The notes under the pieces: generated by a model
What the model saw: the letters and a program-made list of their open reading frames with translations, nothing else
Told to the model about the DNA's origin: nothing
Database searches by the model: none
Source of the DNA: the human T2T-CHM13v2.0 reference genome, Homo sapiens
Assembly (NCBI RefSeq): GCF_009914755.1
Contig: NC_060925.1
Strand: one strand, 5' to 3'
Length of the DNA: 64,000 nucleotides
Part shown: positions 1-13,941 of the stretch, piece by piece
Layout: each line of letters begins with the position of its first letter
How positions within the stretch are numbered: position 1 is the stretch's first letter
Translations under genes and position numbers: made by a program

Positions 1-153
1 GCCACTCCGGAGGAGGAGAGTGACACGCTGGAGAAAGAGCTCAGTGTGGACGATGCAAAGCTGCAAGGAGCTGGTGAGGAAGAAGCCAAGGGGGGCAAGC
101 GGCCCAAGGAAGGCCTGCTCCAAATGAAACTGCCAGAGCCAGTTAAATTGCAG
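1..153 (+). CDS. RYR2: RYR2 exon 37, 3' part (A1855-Q1905; acidic divergent region 3, includes G1885/G1886)
   Basis: Frame 1 reads ATPEEESDTLEKELSVDDAKLQGAGEEEAKGGKRPKEGLLQMKLPEPVKLQ, then CAG|GTAATC donor; phase 0. Confidence 0.97.
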
Positions 154-453
154 GTAATCAGAACAAGAGACTTGAGTGAATTTCAGAATTGCTAAGCATT
201 AAGGTATTAGAACATGCCTTTGTTTCTTTCTCTGTGTGTGTGTTTATTTCTTTGCATTCCTGTGTAATGGTAGTTCTTCATAAAATTAACTAACTTCCTA
301 TTCTTTTCCCTCTTATTCATTAGCCATCTCCTCTTGTTTCCCAGATGCTTTTTACCTTCATTACATTGGAATACCTGAAATACAAGCCATCAAATACCCC
401 TTTCCACCCATATTTCCACTCTTACCAACCTTAGAATACTTGTTTACCAGTAG

Positions 454-801
<348 letters not shown>

Positions 802-949
802 ACCTTAGTATGTTTTTAAGGAATCAGACACACTGGCTGTCTTTATGCTCCTCAAGATGTCTAAAGGGTCCTTTATTAATGTCTCCTCTGTTTATTAAAG
901 TCAATTGGATGTTTGCATTGCTGACCTGCTTTTTTGCTCCTCGTTCCTT

Positions 950-1400
950 TAGTCAGCGTTGACTGAAGCCTTACTCTGGGTATGCACTTAGGGGAAACAC
1001 AAGTGAACCCTGCCTTTCAGAATCTCACAGCCTCTAAGGAAATATACACTCATTTATGCATTAAAAAATCTTATTGCTAATTGCATTAAATACTCTGAAG
1101 GCAAAGAATGGATTACTAAAAGAAAGAACATTTAGACTGGATTACTGTTAGAAAGATGAGGGAGAAGACCCCTCAGAGATTTTGACTTTTAAGCTGAGTT
1201 CAGATTTAAGAGTTGTGCTCAGCAGTTACAAGAAAAAGGAACAAGGCAGGGTGTTCTAGGAGCTTTCCATGCAAAACAAATAGCCCAGCAAAGGTCCTGA
1301 GGCAGGAAAAGGCCAGTGTGGCTGCTGGTAGGAAAATCGATAAGGGAGGAAAGAGAGTGTGATCTAGTGTCTGGTTAGTCAGGAGGCTTTCTTGCTGGTC
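950..1400 (-). mobile_element. Degraded L2 fragments
   Basis: Similarity to the L2 3' region (gtgaaccctgcc..., caaaggtcctgaggcagga...ggccagtgtggctg); boundaries approximate. Confidence 0.5.
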
Positions 1401-2022
1401 CAAACTCTAGGAGACCATGCTCAGAGGAGGGTGGGGCAAAGGAGATGGAGAAAAGGGGTTGGACACTGTGACTACTTCAGAGACAGCACTGATAGAAATG
1501 GTTATATTGTAGATGGTGACACAGAGGGTTTTAAGGTCCTCTTTGACACTGTCATGTATTTATATCACAATTGGTATTGAGTGTATAGATTTTTTTAAAA
1601 ATTTGGCAGAGCATTCTCTCTTAGAAATGTTTCTACCAACATACTCACTCAGTTATAAATCCTTTTGGTTTTCAGTAGGAGAAAGACCCAGCTAATCACT
1701 GAATGAATGAGCATTCACCACTTAATTGTCTTAAGTTTAGATTTCTAGAATTGGTACAGCAGTTCAATGATCTCATCCATAACCCAGATCTTAATATTTT
1801 TCTGCTCTGTGATCCTCAGCCTGTGGTTTTCTTCCTAAAATGCTCACCTTATTCTTTCTGCAGTAATCATGTCATCACCCAGTTACACTCATTTTGAAAG
1901 AAGGGAACTCTAGTCTCTTATCACTGATGGAATAACTTTCCCAGAAGACCCTTAGCAAACTTTCCCTTATATATTTCATTGGCCATTGCACCTGTGGCTG
2001 AAAGGGAGGCTGGGAGGGTAAG

Positions 2023-2377
2023 TGTATTAGTTCGTTCTCACACTGCTAATAAAGACATACCTGAGACTGAGTAATTTATAAAGGGAAAAGGTTTAATGGA
2101 CTCACAGTTCCACATGGCTGGGGAGGCCTCACAATCCTGGCGAAAGGCAAATGAGGAGCAAAGTCACATCTTACATGGTGGCAGGCAAGAGGGCATGTGC
2201 AGGGGAACTCCCATTTATAAAACCATCAGATCTTGTGAGACTTATTCACTACCACGAGAACAGCATGGGGGAAGACACCCTCATGATTCAGTTATCTCCA
2301 CCCAGCCCCGCCCTTGACATGTGGGGGTTATTACAATTCAAGGTGAGATTTCATGGGGAAAGAACCAGACCATATCA
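2023..2377 (-). mobile_element. THE1-family (MaLR) solo LTR, adjacent to an older MLT1-like relic at ~1800-2020
   Basis: TGTATTAG...GACTCACAGTTCCACATGGCTGGGGAGGCCTCACAATC...CCATATCA termini. Confidence 0.88.
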
Positions 2378-2595
2378 GTTAACATCCACTAAAGGGACAT
2401 TTGTTTGCCATTTTTGCTTATACAAATTATGTTTCATCTCCTGGGACCGAGCACATTGCTGCCTATACAAAATCAGGATTCTGTTTCTAAGAGAGAAGAG
2501 TAGGCAACTAAGGATGTTTACCACAGATTATGATTTCATACACATTATTAAAGGATTTAGAAATTAAATTTGGTGTCTTTTTAATGGTCTCTTAG

Positions 2596-2796
2596 ATGTG
2601 CCTACTGCTTCAGTACCTCTGTGACTGCCAGGTCCGGCACCGGATAGAAGCCATTGTAGCCTTTTCAGATGATTTTGTGGCTAAGCTCCAAGACAATCAA
2701 CGTTTCCGATACAACGAAGTCATGCAAGCCTTAAACATGTCAGCTGCACTCACAGCCAGGAAGACAAAGGAATTTAGATCACCACCTCAAGAACAG
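2596..2796 (+). CDS. RYR2: RYR2 exon 38 (201 nt)
   Basis: cttag|ATG, MCLLLQYLCDCQVRHRIEAIVAFSDDFVAKLQ...RSPPQEQ, CAG|GTACAG; phase 0-0. Confidence 0.97.
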
Positions 2797-3629
2797 GTAC
2801 AGAAATGAAATGAAAATTCTTCGTATTTATGTTGGCTTTTAGTCATTCAGGATCTCTGCCTTGCAAAATTATATAACTCACACGTCTTGTTTTCCTTGTT
2901 CTGTTTAAAGTCTTCAAGTTGATTTAGTTAGTATTCTTAGTTTCACCAAAAGAATTTCTTTGGTTAGTTTACACAAAAGAGGGACTTATTAGAAGATATC
3001 AGGTATATCACCGACTCTTTGAGAAGGCCAAGATATGCCAGAGTCTGAAGTTCTTCAAATAGGAGCAAATTTCAACCACAAATGGGTCTTCATCATCTTC
3101 CACTCATAGGAATTTTTGATTCCTAGGACTCGATGCTAGAGGCTTTCCATTTGTGCCTACCATAGAAGAAACACATGTCTCTTCCACCTTGCTTGCCGGA
3201 AGACTGATTACCTGCTTGTGGTTTCTTCCTTTCATTGCTTACCCCCAAAGTCAGGTCTCCTGAGGGTACAACAGAACAAAGGGAACCTGCCTATATCAGA
3301 GAATGGGCTAGTTGGGGGATGTAAATTTTCTGGAATCTACCTCAGAGTGGGCCTCAGAGTGTGGGAAGTTACTGGCGTAGGGATGGTGTTAAACAATGTA
3401 ATTCACAGATGTCTTTTTTGATTTCTTACCCTTACCATTTTCTTCTCTATCCAGGGTAGCTCAGAATGAAAGTGTTTATAGGGACTAATTACAGAATTTT
3501 TTTTTTTCTCACCAGAATGTAATTTCTTTGAGGAAAGGGATGTGGAATTTTCTTAATTGTTATAAACAGCATTTATTGAGCAGAGAACAGGTCCAGCCTC
3601 TTCCAGATTAACTCTGTTAAACTACTGTT

Positions 3630-6600
3630 GGGAAACTTCTGCTTCTGGAAAGATGGAGTACATGTGCTTTTCCCGATTCTTCCTTTTAAGTACAACTAAA
3701 ACCCTGGACATTACAAAGAAGACAACATAAGAAGGCTCTGAAAGATAGAGAGAAGAAGAGAGGTTGGCTACAGAACTCAGGACCCAAGGAACAACATGGT
3801 GGTGAGTTCCCTGGATTTTCTTTTTGCCTCATCTATCCCAGATTTGAAGCTAAAGAAGACGACAACCAGGAAACACCAATGGGCATAGACAAGAAAAGCT
3901 GCAACAAAAGCCTCCTCTTTCTAGATAAAGGATCAGGGAAGGGGCAGCTTAGCAAGACAGAAATGTGTTAGATAATAACTGCACTACTGCAGCCAAAAAC
4001 CACAGAAAAAACTGTTCCCCACCCACACTGGGCACAGGCTGAGTGGGGAACCTTGACTTCCACTCTCACCAGGCTGTAACAAGGTGTCCCAGTAGAGGAC
4101 AGAGCTGGGACTTTATCCCCGCTGAGTAGTAACAAGGCCCATTTCTTCCAAAGTATCAGTAGAGGTTATGGAAGGAGAAGTAGCAAGACACTCTTACCTT
4201 TCTAGCAAGGTTCACATCAGTACAGGTCTAATGAGGAACCAGAACTTTTTACCACTGCCCAACAGTAACAGGGTCCCTTCCCTCCTCCAGATGTCCAAGA
4301 AGGCTGAGTGGGAAAATGGACTTCGCCTCCCACCTGGCAGCAATAAGATACCCTAAGCCCTTCTCCTGCTGGATGGGGTCAGAGGAAACCAGGTGAAACA
4401 GAGTTAAAAATAAGACCCAGAGCTCCTAGCATAATCCTCAAAATGTTGAGATTTCAATTAAAAATCATGTGTGTGAAGAACCAAGGAAAACTTGAATGAA
4501 AAAACCAATCAATAAGCACCAACACTGAGATAACAAAGATGTTAAAATTATCTGATGAAGTTTTGAAAGCAATCGCCCTGTAATTCCTTCAAAATGGAAA
4601 AGAAATAGAAAGCCTCAACGGCAGAGAAACAAAATATATGGCAAAGAACCAAATGGAAATTTTAAATCTGAAAAATATAATCACTGAAATTTTAAAACTC
4701 AATGAATAGGCTTAAAAGCAGAATGAAGGGAGAAGAAGGAACAATCAGTGAACTGAAGAGAGGGTGATATCAACTACCCCATCTGAAGAAAAGATGAAGA
4801 TGAATATAACAAAAGATCTAACATTTGTGATGTTGGAGTCTCAGAGGATAGGAGAAAGAGGGTGAACTGAAGAAAATAATGCTGAAAACTTTTCAAGTTC
4901 AGTAAAAGATATGAAGTGAGAGATTCAAGAAGATGAGTACATTCCGTATAGGATAAACATAAATCTTTACCGAGACACATCATAGTCAAATTTCTGAAAA
5001 AATTAAAGACGGAGTCTTTAAAGAAATGACACTACCTACAGGGGGAGAAACAATTTGAGTGACAGCAGATTTCTCATTAGAAAGTATGGAGGGCAGAAGG
5101 AAGTGGCACAGCAATTTTCAAATGCTGAAAGAAGAGACGATCACCTCAGAGTTCTATGTACTTTGAAAATACTCTTAAGGAACGAAGGGGAAATCAAGAC
5201 ATTCTCAAATGACAGGAAGTTGTAAGAATTTGACTACAGCAGACCTACCCTAAAAGAATGCTAAAGGAAGTTCTTTAAATATAAGGAAAATGAAAAATGA
5301 AGGAAATTTGGAAAATTCAGAAAGGAAGAAATTAACACTGGGTAATGTTGTAATATGGTGAATGCAGTGCATTTTTATTCTCTGGAGTTTTCTAATTTAT
5401 GATTGATGGTTGAAGCAAAAATCATAAAACTGATGTGTTTCTAAATATATGTATAGGGAATATTTAAAAATTATAAACAGAGGAGAATAAAGGAACAGAA
5501 AGGGAGATAAGGTTTCTATCCTTCACTCAAACTGAAGTCTACTGGTGTTGACATTGTACCATCTGGTGCACCGTCAATACCAGTAGACTGTATGTTAGGT
5601 ATGTATATAAAATAATACTCAGAGCAAGCACTAGAAAAGCTGTACAAAGAGATACACTGAGAAGTACCACAGATAAATCAAAATAGGATTCTAAATATTG
5701 TTCAAGTAATGCATAGCATAGCAAGTCAGTAAAAATAAATCAGAACAAACGGAACCACAGGTGAAATGACAGACTGAAGTCATAGCATATCAATAATCTA
5801 AATATACCAATTACAAGAAATTGGCAGAGTGAATTTATAAAACTCAATCTAACTATATGCTTGCTATGAGAAACTCACTTCAAATATAATAATGTATACA
5901 GATTAAAAGGGAAAAGTTAAAGGAATATGTATTATTAAAATATTAATCAAAATAAAGCAGGAGTAGCTATGTTACATAAAGTTGACTTCAGAGCACAGAA
6001 AATTACCAAGGAGATAAGGATCATACATAATGGTCAGTCCACCAAGAAGATAAATATATATGAATTAAACAACAAAGCAAAATATGTGAAGCCAAAACTG
6101 ATAGAACTGAAAGGAGAAATAGACAAATCCAAAATTATCTTGCAGAATTCAAGACTCCTCTCTCAGTTGATAGAACAGCTGAACAGAAAAATCAGCTATG
6201 ACACGGAAAAACTCCACACTATCATCAAATAATAGATCTACCAAGGTTTGTAGACTACTCCACCCAACGACAAGGTACACACTCTTTTCAAGTGTTCATG
6301 AAACATTTGCTAAGATGGAACATATCCCGGGCCATAAAATAACCTCAAGACATTTTTAAAAGTTGAAATCATACACATTTTTTTATCACATTGTTATCAA
6401 ATTAGAAAGCAGTAACAGAAAGGTAACTGGAAAATCTCCAAACTCTTAGAGATACTAAACAACACACTTCTAAATAATCTATGGTTTGAGGAAGTATGGG
6501 GAGAAATTTAAAGATGCATTAAACTAAAAGAAATTGGACACATCACATTTGAAAATTTTTGCCACAGCTAAAGCAAGGCCAAGAGGGAAATTTCTAACAC

Positions 6601-7440
6601 TCAATGCTTACATTTAAAAAGCGGAAACCACTCAGATCAATAACCTGACCTGCCACTTCAAGAATTTTGAAAACAAAGAGTAAAATAAACCTAAAGCAAG
6701 CAGAAAGAAGTCACTAATGTAGATAATAACAGAAAGTAATGAAACTGAAAACAGGACAATAGAAAAAATGGATCCAAAAGCTGGTTTTTAAAAAATAGCA
6801 ATAAAGTTGACAAACCTCTAAAACAACTGACAAAGAAAAAGAGAAGATACAAATTACCCATACCAGGAATGAAACTACTTATCATGGCACACCCTGCTGA
6901 CGTCAGGTGATAACATGGGATTTTTTTCTTCTCACCTTTGAAATAACGATAAGTAGATGAGCTGATGAATATGTTAATTATCTTGATTTAATCTTTCTAC
7001 AATGTATACATATATCGAAACATCACATGGTACCTCATAAATACATACAATTAATATTTACCAATTAAATATGTTTTAAAGGATCGTATGGGAATACATG
7101 CATACATACTATATGATTCCATTTATGTAACATTCTTGCAATGACAAAACCATAGAGATGGAAAACAAATTTGTGGTTGCCACGACTTAAGGATGAGGGG
7201 CAGACAGAGGGATGTGGGTGTGCTCATGAAAGGGTAACAGGAGGGATCTTTGAGATAAAGGAATTATCCTCTATTTTGACTGCACTAATGTTGCTATCCT
7301 GGTTATGAGATTGTACTACAGTTTTGCAAAGTGTTACCAATCGGGAAACTGCATAAAGCGTACTTGAAGTCTCTCTGTATTATTTCTTACAATAGCATAT
7401 AAGTCTATAATTATATCAAAATAAACGTTTAGGGAAAAAA
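3630..7440 (+). mobile_element. Old L1M (L1MC/MD-like) relic with 5'UTR, ORF1, ORF2 endonuclease remnants and 3' end pieces
   Basis: A-rich sense strand; ORF1 end (agacctaccctaaaagaatgctaaagg); ORF2 remnant KVDF...KPKLIELKGEIDKS; L1M 3'UTR motifs at 6930-7440. Confidence 0.8.
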
Positions 7441-7614
7441 AATCACATAAATGCCAAAAAGAAAATCTAAAATAGTTTCTTAAAGGAAAATTATGGGAAA
7501 GCATCTTTCTCTTCCGAATTTATAAATTTAATAGTATTGTTCAAACATAAATGGTAAAGTTTCCCGCAGTTTAACTGAACCATTAATGTTAGCAGCGCGT
7601 AGTTATCCCTTATA

Positions 7615-8287
7615 AAGATTAACCATGCCGAATATGAAAATTCAAAACCCAGAATACTCCAAAATCCAAAACATTTTGAGCACTGAAATGATACCACAAG
7701 TGGAAAATTCCACACGTAAATACTTAGTACAAAGTTTATTTCATGCACAAAATTATTTAAAATATTTTATAAAATTTCCTTCAGGCTATGTGTGTAAGGT
7801 GTGTATGAAACATAGATGAATTTCATTTTTAGACTTGGGTTCTATCCTCAAAATAGCTCATGTGTATGCAGATGGAGCTGGTCCTCTCTATCTGTGGGTT
7901 CTGCATCTATGGATTCAACCAACTGTATATTGAAAATATTCAGAAAAATTCCACAAAGTTCCAAAGCACAAAACTTGAATTTGCTGTGCACCAAGTACTA
8001 TGTCTAATCCACTTAAATGAAGTGATATGTCAGCACTGCCTTGGGTATTATAAGTAATTTAGAGATGATTTAAAATATATGAGAGGATATACATAGGTTA
8101 TATGCAATTTCTGTGCCATTTCATATAGAAGACTTGATTGTCTGTGGCTTTTCATCTCTATGGAGGGTCCTGGAACCAATACTCCATGGATACTAAAGGA
8201 TGATTGTATTCCAAACTCTGAAAAAGAAATCCTAGATCTGAAACACTTCCGGCCCCAAGCATTTCAGATAAGGGATACTCAAACCTG
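7615..8287 (-). mobile_element. Tigger4/Zombi (MER46-family) DNA transposon, interrupted by MER2
   Basis: Ends in cagataagggatactcaaacctg (Tigger4 TIR); internal aaagtttatttcatgcacaaaattatt...ttcaggctatgtgtgtaaggtgt. Confidence 0.8.
7875..8206 (-). mobile_element. MER2 (TcMar-Tigger) nested in Tigger4
   Basis: tatctgtgggttctgcatctatggattcaacc...ggtcctggaaccaat...ggatactaaaggatgattg. Confidence 0.78.
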
Positions 8288-8562
8288 TGTTACTTTTCAA
8301 TTATATTTTTCCTTCTTATTTGTGTCTGTGTTCTTCTCAAAAAGAGTTCTTGTAAATATTCAATGAATGTTCAATAGAGATGTTAGCTAGAAAATAATGG
8401 AAATTTAGGATAAGCATGATACAATACTTTTTAAAAATAGCATTTAGATCTCTTAGTTATGAATTCTTAAAGTATACAAGAGTCTGACATATTGTGGACT
8501 TGAGAAAGAGGAAGAAACGTTATATGACTATTTTGCAGCTTGTTAAGCTATGGATGATTTGA

Positions 8563-9030
<468 letters not shown>

Positions 9031-9103
9031 CTGCTGTGCCATTCTTGAATTCACCTTTCTTTTCTTCCTCCTTCTTCCTCTTTCTTGTTTTTCAAACTTT
9101 CAG

Positions 9104-9209
9104 ATCAATATGCTTCTCAATTTTAAGGATGACAAAAGTGAATGTCCATGTCCAGAAGAAATTCGTGACCAACTATTGGATTTCCATGAAGATTTGATGA
9201 CACATTGTG
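9104..9209 (+). CDS. RYR2: RYR2 exon 39 (106 nt)
   Basis: tttcag|[39 protein letters not shown]|GTAAGG; phase 0-1. Confidence 0.97.
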
Positions 9210-9499
9210 GTAAGGTCTTTTTGATTAAAAGCTTTTATTAATTGTATGTTTTTAATCCATATATCCTGAGACGAAATTAAGTGTATATGCGAATATTTTC
9301 ACGAATACACACGATACCTGTTAGAAAGTTATATAAAAACATTTATTATTATGGCAAAATGGCAAAATAACTGTCCCTATGTGGGGAGTCCTGAGGGATA
9401 GAGAAATCAGAGAGGCAGTTAAACTGAGCAGAAGATGACCAAAATTCTTTCTCTCTTTTTCCTCTTTCCATTAGTGGCAGGAAATGGGAAGGGGGACAT

Positions 9500-9870
9500 G
9501 TGGCCAGGTGCCTCTGGCAGGGAGGTTAAGGTTGGTTTAGTCAATGGGTACAAAGTTTCGGTTATACAAGATGAATGAATTCTGGAGATCCATGGCACAA
9601 CAGGGTGCTTCTAGTTCACAATACTGTATTGTGCACTTAAAATTCTGTTAAGAGGGTAGATGTCATGTTAAGTATTCTTAAAACAACAACAAACAAACAA
9701 AACCCCCCAAAACAAAGAAGTGCTAAGAAACTTAGAGGTGATGGATTTATGTCTGTTCCTGGTGGTGGTGATGGTTTCACAGATGGATGCATGTGTCCAA
9801 GCTCATATTGCATAGATAAAATATGTACAGTTTTGTTTATAGTAACCTCAATGAAGCTGTTTTTTCCTCA
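9500..9870 (+). mobile_element. L1MB-type 3' end
   Basis: gggtacaaagtttcggttatacaagatgaatgaattctggagatc...aagagggtagat...acctcaatgaagctg. Confidence 0.72.
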
Positions 9871-10299
9871 TGTAAGAAAGAAATTTGATCACAAACAGTT
9901 GTATTTAAAGCAGTTGAGGGTGTACTTTCTAGAAAATGTAGACTATATCTTTTGAAATTAGTGAATGCCTATGGAAACCCTACATTAAGTTGTTATGTCA
10001 GTAATCCAAATCTGTTAAGGGAAGTCTCCCCTCCTTTTATTCTAAGAACTTTAAAAATGGAATTGATTAGGTATTCTGGACGTGTGTGTGTTTTTATTCC
10101 TTTATGCAGTGGTGTGGATAAGGTCTGATGATTCAATGAAAGAAAATGAACCAGCTGTTTTTAAAGTTATAGATAAAAATAATGCCACTGGTTTAACCGG
10201 TGGTTATCTTATTTTAATGAAGATAATAAAAACACCACTTTGCATATTAATTTGGTTTATGAATGAAGTACCACTAAATGACTCCCAGAAAATTATACT

Positions 10300-10485
10300 A
10301 CATGTGTGTGTACATGTATGTGTGTGTATATATATATATTTCTACAAATATCCCTTGTAGAAATGTGTATGTATGTGTGTGTATATATATATTTTTTTTT
10401 TTCTACAAGTATCCCTGTATTTCTAGTATCCCTACAAATACAGGGATACTAGAATTCTAGTATCCCTACAAATACAGGGATACTT
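10300..10485. repeat. (TG)n/(TA)n local duplication plus nested inverted repeats
   Basis: 26-bp perfect palindrome 10442-10467; 30-bp direct repeat 10421-10450 / 10455-10484; 16-bp inverted repeat 10407-10422 / 10470-10485. Confidence 0.95.
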
Positions 10486-10999
10486 TAAAACTTTAGAATT
10501 ACTGCTTCAGATATAAAGCATTCCCTGGTTTAGGGTACCTAATTATGCCTGTTCTCTCTGTTTCTCAACTAACCAAAATACTGCTAAAATTTTTGGAGGC
10601 AAGAGAGGAGAATTAAAGTCTGTGGGGCATGGTGTAGGCAGGGCTGGACTGTAAGTCTAGGCAGACAGTATCTGAAGTCCGAGATGCCCAAGGGTTAGCC
10701 CAAATAGCAGAATTGATCTTTGCCCCTAAGAGAGTCTTTTTGGTCTCTACTCAGTGTTATATTTTGTTCTGGGTGACAGCCCTGAGCCCACAGGAATAGA
10801 ACAAAAAGAGAGAGGAAGAAAAGAGGCTGACCAGTGAATGTTATTTATGAGGGCTGGTAAGCAACATTGCTTAACTTAATGTCAGATGTTTTTGACATTG
10901 CTCTAAGTTGTGCATGAAAGAAATTACAAGGCCTCAGAATTATTTGCCCAAGTGTATTCTTTAAATATTTTTTTCTGCCTCTCTGTTTTTTTATACTAG

Positions 11000-11143
11000 G
11001 AATTGAGCTGGATGAAGATGGGTCTCTGGATGGAAACAGTGATTTAACAATTAGAGGGCGTCTGCTATCCCTGGTAGAAAAGGTGACATATCTGAAGAAG
11101 AAGCAAGCAGAAAAACCAGTTGAGAGTGACTCCAAAAAGTCCT
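11000..11143 (+). CDS. RYR2: RYR2 exon 40 (144 nt; PKA site S2031 at 11068-11070)
   Basis: ctag|GA, GIELDEDGSLDGNSDLTIRGRLLSLVEKVTYLKKKQAEKPVESDSKKS, T|GTAAGC; phase 1-1. Confidence 0.97.
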
Positions 11144-11895
11144 GTAAGCAGTATGAGAGTGCACTGGCAGAATGACCCAACTGCTGACACTTAACTCATC
11201 CTTTGAACGAATGTTTTACTGGATGAGCCAGTGAGATAATTGAGTTTGCAACTTCCAAGAATCAGACTCTTAAGTAGATGCCTGTAGCTCCCAGAAATAA
11301 ACAGCAGCATCAGTCTATGTGTATAGCAACAGACTGAGAGGTAGCAGCATGATAAGGATGGATGGTCTCCATAGAGAACTAGAAATTTAGGTATTTTATC
11401 AGAGACCATAAAGAGAAAGTTAAAAGGAAGTATAGTAATTTAGCCTTCATATCTAAATATGAGGTCGATTTTCAAATATTATTGCATCAAATTAAACTTT
11501 TTTCTTAAAATTTAAACAGATATTGTCTTTATATTTTGGTTCTGAAATATTTCCTCAACTGTTGTATACTTCTGGTTGATCCATATCCTATTTCAGAATA
11601 ATAAGCACCCTTGGGCTGTGAGTGCCTTGGGCACAGCACTCTGAGTAGGTCTGAGGGATCCAGCCTACTTTTTACTTCACTTCTAAGACTGTATTGATTT
11701 TAAGATGCAGCAATGGTTTGTTAATAGCTTTCCCTGAAATAAAAAAAAATAAACTTACGAAAACTTTTACAGCACTTTTTTTTGACTTACAACAGAAAAC
11801 CTTTATTCATACAGTTACTTCTAAATTTATTTTTCAGTGTCACAATCACAAATTTGAGTCAAGTTTTCTTTAAAATCAGAGTTCAGTGTTTCTTT

Positions 11896-11917
11896 CTTTT
11901 CTTTTTCTTTTTCTTTT

Positions 11918-11951
<34 letters not shown>

Positions 11952-12211
11952 AGACAGTCTCGCTCCATCACCCAGGCTGGAGTGCAGTGGTGCATTTTCG
12001 GCTTACTGCAACCTCTGCTTCCCTGTCTCAGCCTCCTGAGTAGCTGGAATTACAGGCATGCACCAAGACGCCTGATTAGTTTTTATATTTTTAGTAGAGA
12101 CTGAGTTTTACCATGATGGCCAGGCTGGTGTTGAACTCCTGGTCTCAAGCAATCCATCCACCTCAGATTCCCAAGTGCTGGGATTATAGGAGTGAGCCAC
12201 TGTGCATGGCC
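11896..12211 (-). mobile_element. Alu (S/J) with a small internal deletion
   Basis: Long poly-T, Alu body lacking the gggttcaagcgattct segment; TSD agagttca..gtttctt. Confidence 0.88.
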
Positions 12212-13145
12212 AGAGTTCAACGTTTCTTATGAATCACTTTCTATTATTATCAAGTTTATGATCTTGAGTGGTTAAAATGACAATGTGGTTTTCAGATATA
12301 GGGGAATATATTGGCATTTTATTTGCATTTTGTATTTGGTTAAAAATGGTAGTTTTTGTTTTTGCTTAAATAATTTCTAGATGAAAGTAAAACAGCCTAA
12401 TTTGAAAGTCAGCCAGCATATTAATACTAGGATTAAGTGCCTCATCGTGCATAAATTGGTCACCCCACTTAATTTTGGTAATTTCACTGTTTATTTGAAA
12501 AGATTTGGACTTTTCTATTGCTTTTACATTTACTATGTTTCATGTTACATTGCAAAGTAATTTTCTGTGTATGTAGTAACTTTTCGCTTTAATATAAATT
12601 CACAATCAAATCCTTTTGAAGACATTTTAAATGACAAATATGGATACAACTTTAAGTGAAAACATAATTATACGTAGTCACTAGTGCAAATGACTCAACT
12701 GAGGAGACAGTTGGATAAACATACCTTTTTGAATGTCCGTGACCGAACTTTATAAGGATAAATGATGTCAGGCCTTCTGGGAAGAAAATAATAGAACAAA
12801 ACAAATAAAAGTAGTAGGACACCTTATATTAATTGCCATACCTTCAATTACATATGAATTGCCAATGGTAATTTTGAAAAAGTGATATAACTGTAGCTTA
12901 TTTAATTATAAGAATGATTTTTAAAGAAAGGTTTGTGTTTTTTATCTTTGCATGATTGTAACTGATCTGTATTGAAATATGTATCATCCAATGAAGGTTA
13001 TTTTCTTCAAAGAATATCTAGAGCCTTTTCAAGCCTGGTACAAATAGAAATACCAATTTGGGGGTACAGGATATGGACTTGAAATGTCCAACTGATTTGT
13101 CTTCTCTTATTTTTCTTTTAAAAAATATCCATAATGACTTTGCAG

Positions 13146-13419
13146 CCACTCTGCAGCAGCTGATTTCTGAGACCATGGTCCGATGGGCTCAGGAGTCTGT
13201 CATTGAAGACCCCGAGCTGGTGAGGGCCATGTTTGTGTTGCTCCATCGGCAGTATGACGGCATTGGGGGTCTTGTTCGGGCCCTGCCAAAGACCTACACG
13301 ATAAATGGTGTGTCCGTGGAGGACACCATCAACCTGCTGGCATCCCTTGGTCAGATTCGGTCCCTGCTGAGTGTGAGAATGGGCAAAGAAGAAGAGAAGC
13401 TCATGATTCGTGGATTAGG
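13146..13419 (+). CDS. RYR2: RYR2 exon 41 (274 nt)
   Basis: ttgcag|[39 protein letters not shown]...[12 protein letters not shown]|GTAAAT; phase 1-2. Confidence 0.97.
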
Positions 13420-13548
13420 GTAAATTATTTAACTACTACAACCCTTTGTCTCGTAAATGTTTTCTAATTGTTATACCTATAGAGCAGTACATTAACTACA
13501 TTGATAAAAATATATTGTCTGGATTATACGATTATTATACTAAATAGC

Positions 13549-13941
13549 TTTTCTTTTTTTTATTTATTATTATCATACTTTAAGTTTTATGGTACATGTG
13601 CACAATGTGCAGGTTAGTTACATATGTATACATGTGCCATGCTGGTGCGCTGCACCCACTAACTCGTCATTTAGCATTAGGTATATCTCCTAATGCTATC
13701 CCTCCCCCCTCCTCCCACCCCACAACAGTCCCCAGAGTGTGATGTTCCCCTTCCTGTGTCCATGTGTTCACATTGTTCAATTCCCACCTATGAGTGAGAA
13801 TATGCGGTGTTTGGTTTTTTGTTCTTGCGATAGTTTACTGAGAATGATGATTTCCAATTTCATCCATGTCCCTACAAAGGACATGAACTCATCATTTTTT
13901 ATGGCTGCATAGTATTCCATGGTGTATATGTGCCACATTTT
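13549..13941 (-). mobile_element. Young 5'-truncated L1PA (L1PA2-4-like) 3' end
   Basis: Near-consensus L1 3'UTR; reverse complement reads ATGACGAGTTAGTGGG (GAG, not the Ta-diagnostic ACA). Confidence 0.92.
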
